Shown here in pieces: positions 1 to 10,973 of a stretch of DNA of 64,000 bases; position 1 is the stretch's first letter; every line of letters starts with the position of its first letter. The stretch is from Octopus vulgaris (Eukaryota): positions 15,686,001 through 15,750,000 of the forward strand of contig OX597821.1 of the NCBI GenBank assembly GCA_951406725.2. Direction: 5' to 3'. Under the pieces are notes generated by a model. The model was not told where the DNA came from. It was given only the letters and a program-made list of their open reading frames with translations, and ran no database searches. The position numbers and the translations under genes are program-made.

Positions 1-181
1 AGCCAAACGATTTCGGACTGGTTAAAACAATTACATCGACTCCAGTATTCAGCTGGAGTATATTTTATCGACTCCGAAAGGCAAATTCAACTTCACGAAT
101 TTGAATTCAGAGTGCGAAGACAGACGAAATGCTGCTAAGTATTTTGCCCGGCGTGCTAACCACTTTGGCGAGTCACCGCTT
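1..181 (-). mobile_element. tRNA-derived SINE, family B, diverged and cut by the window edge
   Basis: Reverse complement matches the AAGGCGGCGAGCTGGC...TTAGCACGCCGGGC...GAGTTCAAATTC...CCTTTCGGGGTCGATAAA pattern of the copies at 6449 and 12586. Confidence 0.8.
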
Positions 182-204
182 CAATAATAATAATAACGAT
201 ATAA

Positions 205-732
205 TCTCATGGCTTCTGATCTTAACTGATTAGAAGTGTTATCGTGTACATTATTTTGTCTTGGTATAAAAGATGGGCTACAGAAAATATTCTGCTCAAT
301 AACATAGATTTGCTTGTCAGTTGTTCGACCTTAACCAGTTGATCATGTCACTTAGTGGCTGACGATATGTGCATCTCCGACCACAAGCAGAAGTAGAGGG
401 GAAGTATCATAGCCGTGTGATGAAAGGAATTCTTAGAGTTTGGATTATTTGCCTTTGGAAACATGGGTGGTTTGTTCACCATCCTTAAACAATTCTTATT
501 CAGGGATCTTTTCAGTGGGATGGGCTACTCAACCAGAAGAAAAACCTAACTGGGCCCCACCTGCAAGGTCATGCGCTTTTTATATTTTTGTGAGATCACC
601 AAGTTACGCACATATGATTGTGATGCATGTGCCTGGTATAACTTTATCAGACGAGTAGTCATGATGGGTATACTGGGCCTCGTATATTTTACCCCAGCGC
701 CACTTTGATGGCATACACTGCCCTCTCAGTCA

Positions 733-733
<1 letters not shown>
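205..733 (+). mobile_element. ~550-bp non-coding interspersed repeat (family D) inserted in (AAT)n
   Basis: Colinear with the reverse complement of 53662-54217; both copies are flanked by AAT repeats. Confidence 0.8.
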
Positions 734-790
<57 letters not shown>

Positions 791-843
791 TAATAATAGT
801 AAGGATAATAATAATAATAATGATAATAATAATAACAATAATG

Positions 844-897
<54 letters not shown>
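734..897. repeat. (AAT)n microsatellite
   Basis: Direct reading; source of the poly-N and poly-I ORFs. Confidence 0.97.
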
Positions 898-1180
898 TAA
901 CAAGGTATGCGATAAAGAAGAAACAAATTACAGATATTACGGGTTAGCGTGAGAAGTTAAATAGTGGTGGCACTGAAAAAGGTGGTACCAGATATTGTCG
1001 GAGCACTGAGAACAATCGGTAAAAATCTTGAGATGTACATGGAATAAATATGGTATGCAATAAAGGTGGGGGACCTGCAGAAAACTGCACTGCTTGGAAC
1101 CGCTCGAATACTTCGGATGGTGGTCGAAAAATAAGGTGTGTTACTTTAGACCACTGGTAGGGAACAGCTGACACCGTAGA
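898..1180 (+). mobile_element. R4/Dong-like non-LTR retrotransposon 3' fragment, degenerate
   Basis: Broken translation VVPDIVGALRTI...LQKTALLGTARILRMV*, the typical C-terminus of this clade; followed by (GAT)n. Confidence 0.75.
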
Positions 1181-1225
1181 TGATGATAATGGTTATGATG
1201 ATGATGATGATTGTGATGATGGTGG

Positions 1226-1262
<37 letters not shown>

Positions 1263-1459
1263 ATTCCTCAAATATAAACAAGTCTCCTATTTTTTAAAAC
1301 TCCCACAAATAATCATCATACATTCACCCTCACTCTCTAATGCTGTATAAATTCGATTGAACGACAAAGGGAAAGAAAGTACTTAATCCCGCCAATACGT
1401 TTCTCCCTAATTATTTTCCATTATTATTTTTAATTATCCAGAATTAAGCATATATGTTT

Positions 1460-1511
<52 letters not shown>

Positions 1512-1766
1512 ATCACAGACACAGAAATATATAAACATATATGTATAAATATTTATATATGTACGTTCATTTATATGCACATTTATACACTCATATACAC
1601 AATGTACATGCATATATGTATAAATATATACATACACACACACATATACATACACACACACATATCTATACACACACATATATATATATATACATGTATA
1701 TATAAAGATATATATATATATGTAAATACACGAATATATAAAAAAAATATGCATATATATATATAT

Positions 1767-2435
1767 TCTTCTTTTCCCCCGTCTGTCTTGATAGACAATC
1801 GGTCGCGCCAAGGGTGGGGCCTACTTTGATGATGAGCAGCGTCTGCTGTGACTGAACAGTCCAATTCTAGAGTGGCAGTCCCTGGTACAGTTGCTGCACA
1901 CGAACATCGATGGGTACGTGTGGGGTGTTGCTGCAGTTGTTCTCCTCCTGTCCCGCCTGTCCGGCCACAGCTGTGCTCTCCTTTCCTCAGCCATGGAAAC
2001 GCCTTTCCTCACTGTCCGACGCCAGGCAGAGCGGTCAGCAGCTGTTAACTCCCACGTGTCCACACAGATGTTGGCAGTCCTCAGGTCGCGCTTGCACACA
2101 TCCCTGTATCGTAGCTGTGGACGTTCCTTGGGTCGGGATCCCGTGGTGAGTTCGCTGTACAGGATGTCTTTAGGCATGCGACCGTCCTGCATGCGGCAGA
2201 CGTGTCCGAGCTAGCGCAGTCGTCTCCGCACGAGGAGGGCATGCATGCTTGGCATATTGGTCTGTTCTAGGATGACTCCGTTTGGTATTCGGTCCTTCCA
2301 GGAGATGCCAAGGATCCGTCGAAGACACCGCATGTGGAAGCCGCTGAGGCGGCATTCTTGCCGGATGTATGTTGTCCAGCTCTCGCTGCCGTAGAGAAAG
2401 GTGCTCAGCACGCAGGCTCGGTACACTGCGATCTT
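1767..2435 (-). mobile_element. RTE (BovB-like) LINE, 5'-truncated and frameshifted
   Basis: YRACVLSTFLYGSESW, FHMRCLRRILGISWKDRIPN, RMQDGRMPKDILYSEL and a C-terminal CxxC...SRIGLFSH zinc finger spread across frames. Confidence 0.92.
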
Positions 2436-2471
2436 TTCATTGTTTAAACCTCGCCAAGAAAAATATTTAAA

Positions 2472-2534
2472 CCACCTGATGAATGACTGCGACTCAAAAA
2501 TTTGAAGACAGCAGGCAGGAAACGATCGTAGTGG
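2472..2534 (+). ncRNA. Minimal type I hammerhead ribozyme motif in a Penelope-like pseudo-LTR remnant (~2436-2657)
   Basis: CCAC-CTGATGA-helix II (ATGACTGC...GCAGGCAG)-GAA-ACGATCGT palindrome-A-GTGG. Confidence 0.8.
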
Positions 2535-2746
2535 GGTATTAATTATATTTTTTAATAATTTTGTTACATATTTAAATAATATAAATTAATCATATGTATT
2601 GGCTTAAGTCTTTCATTGTTTGATTTGCCTAATAGTGGTTTTGTCTCTAATTTAATATAATATATATATATATATATATATATAATATAAATACATACGT
2701 ACATAAAACATACATATAAATATATATATATAACTATACAAATACA

Positions 2747-2802
<56 letters not shown>

Positions 2803-2805
<3 letters not shown>

Positions 2806-3170
2806 TATTATAAAAGGCAGATTTTATCTGCCTCCCTTTGGGAGTTATACAAATCTACAATATAGGATTTCTTCAATTACAATTTACCTAGCAGTTTTGA
2901 GAGTACAATGCATCGCGTCATGCCAGGTCCAGTTTTTAAAATTTAAACTCCAATTAAGCAAAATTTACAGAAAACTCACATTCTGGTGTGTGTGTCAAAT
3001 GCTTTTCTTAGTCTGGTTTACACCACACGCAAACGCACACACACAGTGGGCAACGAATAAAATGAAACTAATTCACTTACTGTAGTGAGTGATTCGTTCA
3101 CTCTGCCTCCCACTTCTTCTTTCCACACATACACACGCAAATATATAAATAAAATTGTAAGCTAACGTGC
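2803..3170 (+). mobile_element. Probable non-autonomous Helitron 5' portion
   Basis: Starts TCTTATTATAAAAG right after (TA)n, like the 5' end of the 4212 element; no 3' hairpin/CTAG found. Confidence 0.4.
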
Positions 3171-3296
3171 GTGTGTGTGAGTGTGTGTGTGTGCGCGTGT
3201 GTGTGTGTGTGACGGTGCGTGTGTGTGTGTGTGTGCGTGTGCGTGAGTGTGTGACAGGAAAGTTTTTTTAGACGAATATAACACCAAGTAGCAGAA

Positions 3297-3485
3297 AGAT
3301 AAGACAGTAAGGTGTGATTTGAGGGAGATTTGGCTGCTATTTCAACCATGTCTAGCTGCCATGTAGGGGTCTCCCTCATAGGCTCATACATACATATATA
3401 CATAGATAAGACAGTAAGGTGTGATTTGGGGGAAATTTTGCTGCTATTTCTACCAGGTCTAGCTACCATGTAGAGGTCCCCCTCA
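3297..3485. repeat. Tandem duplication of an ~82-bp repeat fragment
   Basis: AGATAAGACAGTAAGGTGTGATTTG...CCCTCA at 3297-3378 and 3404-3485. Confidence 0.85.
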
Positions 3486-3486
3486 A

Positions 3487-3700
3487 TTCTTTTATTCTTC
3501 TGCTTTTTCCAGCCATTGCTCTGTGGCCATGCTGGGGCAATGCCTTGAAGAATTGTAGTTTAATGAATCAACTCCAGTTTTATTTTTGTAAGCATTGTAC
3601 TTATTCTATCTGTTTCCTTTGTCAAACCACTAGGTGACAGGGATGTAAACAAACCAACATTCGTTGTCAAGCAGTGGTGGAGGACAATCACAAGCACAGA
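3487..3700 (-). mobile_element. SINE family A 3' half, old diverged copy
   Basis: Reverse complement has CTTGACAAC...GATAGAATAAGTAC...GCCCCAGCATGGCCAC. Confidence 0.75.
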
Positions 3701-3737
3701 CATGCACACACACACATACATGCATACACATATACAC

Positions 3738-3772
<35 letters not shown>

Positions 3773-3790
3773 TATGTGTGTGTATATATA

Positions 3791-4113
3791 TTGCAGCGTG
3801 GAAGGTGTTTGTAAGCCATTTAAGAAACACACAAAAACCGTTACATTCACTTCAACATTTAAATTTAATTTGGCAAAATATTTTCGTCGCTTTGAGACCG
3901 CGACCTGTTCACTGACAAAAATATCGTGCTAACAGGTCGCGGTCTCAAAGCGACGAAAATATTTTGACAAATTTAATTTAAATGTTGAAGTGAATCTAAC
4001 GGTTTTTGTGTGTTTCTTAAATGGCTTATAAACACCTTCAACGCTGCAACTGTTTTCGTTCCAGCACACGATCTCAGATCAAGTCACTTGCTATGCAAGT
4101 ACATCTCTGTAAC
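3791..4113. mobile_element. Fold-back element with 119-bp inverted arms, probable inverted Penelope-like pseudo-LTR
   Basis: Arms 3791-3909 and 3931-4049 are near-perfect inverted copies with a 21-bp spacer; flanked by (TA)n; carries a hammerhead fold. Confidence 0.8.
3870..3918 (-). ncRNA. Minimal hammerhead-like motif with a G3-C8 variant core
   Basis: Minus strand TTGTCA-GTGAACA-G-GTCGC ggtctcaaa GCGAC-GAA-AATATT-T-TGCCAA (TGACAA in the other arm). Confidence 0.65.
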
Positions 4114-4211
4114 TATATATATATTTATATATATATATATATGTATATTGGTAAAAACAGTAAGATAACAAAAGAAAGAAAGAGACCTCAATATTATGTA
4201 AATAGAGGAAA

Positions 4212-4604
4212 TCTTTATATATAAAAGTGAGGTTGTGTGTCTGTCTCCTACGATTTAGATTCCTAACTACTCCCATATTTTGCGGTGCAGTTTAACCAAA
4301 ACCGGGTATCTTATAGTCGTGATTCATATCGAGACCGTCTGGGTATTAGCGCGCGTCTACGATGAGTCTACGATTTAAAAAAAATTTACCATCAATTTTT
4401 CCCATTTTTAATCCATTTTTGACATATATAAGGGAAGTAACTCTCTAAAATTTATTATTAAATCTCAGAACGTAAAAAGCTACAGTAACACCCCTCCCCC
4501 TTTGTGGTTAGCCATATTGAGATGGCTATTATACTTTACATCTCTAAAAATGCTTATATAATTATTTCCCTTACAAACCCGAGCAACGCCGGGCGATACT
4601 GCTA

Positions 4605-4605
<1 letters not shown>
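4212..4605 (+). mobile_element. Non-autonomous Helitron
   Basis: 5' TC, subterminal hairpin CCCGAGC-AAC-GCCGGG (4578-4593), 3' CTAG, inserted between A and T with no target-site duplication. Confidence 0.8.
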
Positions 4606-4637
<32 letters not shown>

Positions 4638-4639
<2 letters not shown>

Positions 4640-5041
4640 AGTGGCTGTGTGGTAAGTAGCTTGTCTACCAACCATATAGTTCCGGGTTCAGTCCCACTGC
4701 GTGGCACCATGGGCAAGTGTCTTCTACTATAGCCTCGGGCCGACCAAAGCCTTGTGAGTGGATTTGGTAGACGGAAACTGAAAGAAGCCCGTCGTATATA
4801 TGTATATAAATATGTGTGCGTGTGTGTGTTTGTCCCCCTAGCATTGCTTGACAACCGATGCTGGTGTGTTTATGTCCCCGTTACTTAGCGGTTCGGCAAA
4901 AGAGACAGATAAAATAAGTACTGGGCTTAAAAAAGAATAAGTCCCGGGGTCGAGTTGCTCGATTAAAGACGGTGCTCCAGCATGGCCGCAGTCAAATGAC
5001 TGAAACAAACAAGTAAAAGAGTAAAAGAGAGAGTAAAGAGT
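4638..5041 (+). mobile_element. tRNA-derived SINE, family A
   Basis: A box TGGCTGTGTGG, B box GGTTCAGTCC, CORE-like TGGGCAAGTG segment, internal microsatellite, tail CCAGCATGGCCGCAGTCAAATGACTGAAAC plus (GTAAAAGA)n; five full copies in the window. Confidence 0.92.
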
Positions 5042-5053
5042 ATATGTGTGTAT

Positions 5054-5117
<64 letters not shown>

Positions 5118-5604
5118 TGAGTGAATGTGAGAATATGTATGTTTGCACGTACACGTGTATATGGTAGTGCGTGTTGACAAATTTAATTTGGATAAGGGGC
5201 TGTGAAGAACTGTTGGAAAAAGCTATGCATATACTCCTTGACACCTCGTTATGTGAAAAGCAAATCCTGTCAGATTCAATTGACAAGAAATATATTCCCC
5301 GCCGCTACTTCAACACCTCGCCCTTTTTTGTTCACTTCATTAATGTTCTTACGATATCGAATCTCTTAATTAGTCAGATCGATCGCGGCAGATTGCTGAA
5401 TGCGAGTACACGTGTGTGTTTAAGTGTTTCTGTTCAAGTGTTTCTATGTATTACTCTGCGACTCTGCGTTTCGTGTGTAGATAAGAAATGTCACATATCC
5501 TATACACACCAACACACACACACACACGCATACACACACACCCGTACCCGCTTGAAAACTACACTCTGTTGCTCAGACACACCCACACGCGTGTACACAC
5601 ACAC

Positions 5605-5635
<31 letters not shown>

Positions 5636-5981
5636 GATGACTAGATATCTCTACCACCTGCAATTCAAAGAGACACTTCAACTAATTATCGATTGCTGTA
5701 ACACTGCAATTAAATTCTCGGTTCTCTTGTCTGCTACACTAACTCGAATATAAATTATATATTGTGGTGCTTTGGCAGCTGATTTCACTCCACACTACTG
5801 CTGCTACTTCTATTACCACTGCTACTGGGGCTGCTGATGCTTCTTTTACTACTACTATTACTACTACTACTACTAATAATAATAATAATGATAACACCAC
5901 CATCACCACCACCACCAACAACAACAACAACAACAACATTTATAATAACGAGAATAGCGATGATGATGATGATGATGATGA

Positions 5982-6128
5982 TTTTTTCTGCTAAAAAGCA
6001 GAAGGTGTGAAATTTGTGGGGAGGGGAATAGTCTCATCGATCCCAGTAATTGACTGGCACTTCATTTATCCACCTCGAAATGACGAAAGGCAAGTCGACT
6101 TTGGTATAATTTGAACTTAGAACGTGAA
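5982..6128 (-). mobile_element. SINE family B fragment
   Basis: GAAAGGCAAGTCGAC...TTTGAACTTAGAACG matches the family B reverse strand. Confidence 0.75.
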
Positions 6129-6137
6129 ATAATGATG

Positions 6138-6230
<93 letters not shown>

Positions 6231-6267
6231 GTGATGATGATGATGATGATGATGATGATAATGATGA
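6129..6267. repeat. (AAT)n/(GAT)n microsatellite
   Basis: Direct reading. Confidence 0.95.
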
Positions 6268-6432
6268 TTTCAAATTTTGGTTCAAAGCTGGTAATATCGG
6301 AGATGTGGGTAAGTCGATTACATTGACCTTACAGTGCTCAACAGGTACTTATTTTATCGTCTTCGAAATGGATGAAAGGTAAATTCGACCTTGGCTGGAT
6401 TTGCAGTGAGACGCGAAGACGTACGAAATGCT
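6268..6432 (-). mobile_element. SINE family B fragment
   Basis: AGTCGATTACATTGACC...GGTACTTATTTTATCG...GATGAAAGGTAAATTCGACC. Confidence 0.75.
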
Positions 6433-6448
6433 GGTAATAAGCAATAGT

Positions 6449-6678
6449 TGGTGTGAAGGCGGCGAGCTGGCAGAATCGTTAGCACGTCGGGCGAAATGCT
6501 TAGCGGTATTTCGGCTGCCGTTACGTTGTTAGTTCAAATTCCGCCCAGGTCGACTTTGCCTTTCATCATTTCGGGGTCGATAAATTAAGTACCAGTTACG
6601 CACTGGTGTCGATGTAATCGACTTAATACCTATGTTTGTCCCCTCTATGTTTAGCCCCTTGTGGGTAATAAAGAAATA
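6449..6678 (+). mobile_element. SINE family B, full length, with a 16-bp target-site duplication
   Basis: Duplication GGTAATAAGCAATAGT at 6433-6448 and 6679-6694; B box GTTCAAATTC; central GCCTTTCATC.TTTCGGGGTCGATAAA domain. Confidence 0.93.
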
Positions 6679-6910
6679 GGTAATAAGCAATAGTGATAGT
6701 CATACTTATTCGTTCTGTATTAAAAAAGTTGATGACGGTATCAGTGCTCGGCTAGTTCTTATTTTCTCAACACCAAAAGTATAAAAGTGCTAAGTGGATT
6801 TTTTTTTTTCGATATTTGAAGAAGAAGAAAGGAGAACTACAAGATATACTGTTAAACATTGGTTTCCCCAGTTGACAGTTCTACCAGCTCATCACATTAT
6901 TATTATTAAT

Positions 6911-7132
6911 AATCCTTTTCTTTCTACTATATGCACAAGACCTGAAATTTCGGGGGAGGTGGCTAGTCGATTAGATGGACCCCAGTACGCAACTGGAGCT
7001 TAGTTTATCGACCCCGAAAGGAAGAAAGGGTAAGTCAACATCGGCATAATTTGAACTCAGAACGTAAAGACGGACGAAATACCGCTAAGAATTTCGCCCG
7101 GCGTTCTAACGTTTCTGCCAGCTCACCGCCTT
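6911..7132 (-). mobile_element. SINE family B, full length, alternative tail
   Basis: Reverse complement of the family B head and body; ends in GTAGAAAG...GGATT(ATT)n. Confidence 0.9.
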
Positions 7133-7162
7133 ATTAATATTATACTTAATAATAATAAAACA

Positions 7163-7366
7163 AAGGTGGCGAGCAAGCAGAATCATTTAGCTTGCAGGCA
7201 ATATTTCGCCTGTCTTCACACTCTGAATTCAAAATCCGTCGAGGCCGATTTACCTTTCATCCTTTCGGAGTTTGATTAAATAAGTATCATTCAATCACTA
7301 GGGTCGATGTAATCGACTAACCCCCTCAACCCAAACTTCAGGCCTCGTCTCCATTATAGAAAAGTT
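7163..7366 (+). mobile_element. SINE family B, alternative tail
   Basis: AAGGTGGCGAGC head; CCTTTCATCCTTTCGGAG domain; CCCAAACTTCAGGCC tail. Confidence 0.85.
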
Positions 7367-7879
7367 TATTATTAATAAAACAACAACAATACAGCTGCTG
7401 CTGCTACGACAGCCAATACTACTAGTGTTACAGAAAATATTTTGGCGTGTATTGGTGTGTGATTGGAAAATTAGAACAGCTCCTGTCTCAATGAAATATA
7501 TATCTGCTATTCCGAAAAACATTTATGATTCCCTTCCATCCATGTGCTACTGTAGTCTGTGCTAAGGCGTCATAACGTAAAAGATTTCACTTCGTGCGAG
7601 TAAGGAAATTATATTTTTGTTAAGCTCTCTATTGACAATCATGTAACCCATATATTCGACACACTCAATATCAATTCATCTTAAATAGTAATCAACCCCG
7701 CATATATAGTTTTGGTAAAGCGAATTTAATATAGTCAAGCGGTATTTAACTGGAACTTAACATTCACAAAAGAAAGAAAGGTGATGACTCATTAACATTG
7801 AGTTTAGGATGTGAATAAATGCAACTAAGCACAAAAAATGCATAATGTCCGCTATGAAATTTATCACATTTTATAATTT

Positions 7880-8077
7880 ATTCTAATTTTGGCAAAAATG
7901 TCTGCAATTATTTTGGGGTGAGGGAAGTCAATTATTTGACTGGTACTGCATGTCATTGAACTCAATGCATGAAAGACAAATTTAACTTCGGCGGAATTCG
8001 AACTCAGGAAGTAAAGAACCAGAAGAAATGCAAGCATGCTGTCCGACGTGCTAACGCTTCTCCAAGCTCGCTGCCTT
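7880..8077 (-). mobile_element. SINE family B, diverged
   Basis: CGGCGGAATTCGAACTCAG...CGTGCTAACG...GCTCGCTGCCTT. Confidence 0.75.
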
Positions 8078-8379
8078 AATAATGACAACGCTGGTTTCAT
8101 ATTGCTGTCCTTATCCTAAGCAAATGCGTTGGTACCTTTAAAACAATTTGCTTTTTTTCTGTGCAATTCACCGTCTCGTTACCAATTCGCTCTCCCATAA
8201 GGAACGAGATAACTTTAAATTCTCAATAATAAGATGTGCCTCGTATCACCTTGATGACAGCAAATATTTGGCCTATTATTGATATTTTTTATTCATTTAG
8301 GCCTTCTCAATTTAAACTTTTTCTTTCCATTTTACTGTTATCGAATGTATGCTCATTAAACTTCAGACGATTCCTTCGA

Positions 8380-9110
8380 ATTCAACAGGGACTCAAACTA
8401 CTTCTGATTATATAGTGGAAAGACTTCAGAAAATGGCCTAATGTACAAAACATATCATATTCTTAGGTTCCATGGTTCTAATCCAAACGTAAATCTTCGA
8501 CAGGAACCCCTGCCACTCTTTATTTTAACCCAAGTTCAACATGGTTGAGTAAACGCAGCATTGATTATTCCACCTTTTACAATATTCAGCCATTCATGGT
8601 TCGTTAGATGATTTGTTGAATGGGTGAGATTAGACAGCTCCCCTTAACATGTCTAGCAACCGAGTAGAGAGCTCTTTGTACCAGATTCCCTCTTACATAA
8701 CTGGCTACGATTTCTATAATCAGGAATAATATAAGTACTCGAACTTGAAACATATAGTTAGTTGTAAAAGGTTAGCACTTGTATAGATCTGAAGTATTTT
8801 ATAACTGTTAAGATAAACCGGCTCTTCGATGATGCAGCGCTAGTTGTTATAAATTTATGGGTCGAGTAAAAGGTCATAACTAAACAGGAAATTTCGTATT
8901 TCTTTTAAGCCTGAAGCATTTTGAAGTCAGTTGATCAAATAATTTTCTATCTTTAGTTTTCTGTCGTACTAGTATGAATTTAATTTTTACCATTTTGACA
9001 GTAGAGTCACAAAAATAAATTAGAAGCACTAGAGTTGACTACTCACAGTTTCATGCAGAAAACAACTCAGTTCTATGCGAAATCAAATTATCGTTCTTAG
9101 TTTTAGTGTA
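8380..9110 (+). pseudogene. Highly degenerate RTE-like reverse transcriptase remnant
   Basis: LFDDAALVV near 8823 resembles RTE LFADDAALV; other matches are weak and boundaries approximate. Confidence 0.4.
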
Positions 9111-10150
9111 CTTCCAATTTCTTCCAGTAGGTTTCTAAAACTGGTCAAACGATATTCATGACCACAGTATTTGAAATATACAGGCCAGCTTCCAAGTGGT
9201 GCACGTATGAAATTTTTTCGCAACGAATTCCATGAAAATTCGTAACCAAAAGATACCAAATTCAATATCACTTCACGGTAAGTAGAGAGAGGCAACATTC
9301 AACCACAGCCAGATATAAGCTATTTCTTTATGTATGGTATTCAGCGCATGAAATCCGTGAAACCTACGAACATACATACATATATGTATATATGTGTGTG
9401 CATATGTGTGTATGGTGTGTCCGAGCGTATATATATATATATATATATATAAGTATATATACTATGCATGGAAGCGCCTTGTGACCTGCGGTGCATATCA
9501 ACATCCTTTAGTCTGGTCGATACAGTGGTATAGAGAGAAACAGATTGATACATACATACATAGACGAGTGAGTGTATGTCCTATATTGATGGTATTACCG
9601 TGTTGAAAGAACTACTGATGTGGATATTACCAATATAACATCATGAGTGCAACTCAATGAATGAAAACATAAAAGTCTCCATAAATATTACAAGATAATA
9701 AATTAGAAATCATTTTACTGCACGACACATCTATCAATTCAGTATTTCGCTGCATTAAAAAAATCTTTTGAAAATTTCTGACGTCAGATGACAATTGACC
9801 ATCTATCAAAATTTATTGTTGCATAGGATAACACTCACGATGTTTGTTGCGTAATGACTAGACGATAGATAATTAACGGTTCGGTTATTTTATTTCGTCG
9901 TAAACACGGGAGAATTCGGTGTATAAATGCATGTCCCTGTGGTTATGAAATATATGGACAAATACGCGCAACATAGTTTTTGTTTCGACCACAGGGCTGG
10001 CCAATTTGGGAAAAAGTTTTATTGAATAAAAAGAAAAAAAAGAACAGCAGCAACAATTAACTTCCGAAAACTTTGTAACACCTGTTGTGTGTGTGTGTGT
10101 GTGTTTATGTGTGTTTATTATGCATGTGTGTATATATATATATATATATA

Positions 10151-10590
<440 letters not shown>

Positions 10591-10973
10591 GCGGAGGTGC
10601 AATGGCCCAGTGGTTAGGGCAGCGGACTCGCGGTCATAGGATCGCGGTTTCGATTCCCAGACCGGGCGTTGTGAGTGTTTATTCAGCGAAAACACCTAAA
10701 GCTCCACGAGGCTCCGGCAGGGGATGGTGGTGATCCTTGCTGTACTATTTCACCACAACTTTCTCTCACTCTTAATTTCTGTGTCTGTTGTACCTGTATT
10801 TCAAAGGGCCGGCCTTGTCACTCTCTGTGTCACGCTGAATATCCCCGAGAACTACGTTAAGGGTACACGTGTCTGTGGAGTGTTCAGTCACTTACACGTT
10901 AATTTCACGAGCAGGCTGTTCCGTTGATTCGGATCAACCGGAACCCTCGTCGTCGTAACCGACGGAGTGCTTC
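10591..10973 (+). mobile_element. tRNA-derived SINE, family C head with tail type 1
   Basis: A box TGGCCCAGTGG, B box GTTTCGATTCC, tRNA-like head, two 3' hairpins; flanked by (TA)n. Confidence 0.88.

Noticed and set aside
705-947. Poly-Asn and poly-Ile ORFs (also 6034-6326)
   Set aside because: Translations of (AAT)n repeats.
4638-4710. tRNA-like sequences at SINE starts (also 10591)
   Set aside because: They run on into repeat bodies and tails, so they are SINE heads and not tRNA genes.
5171-5644. 157-aa ORF
   Set aside because: Non-ATG start, no recognisable domain, and the second half is CA repeat.
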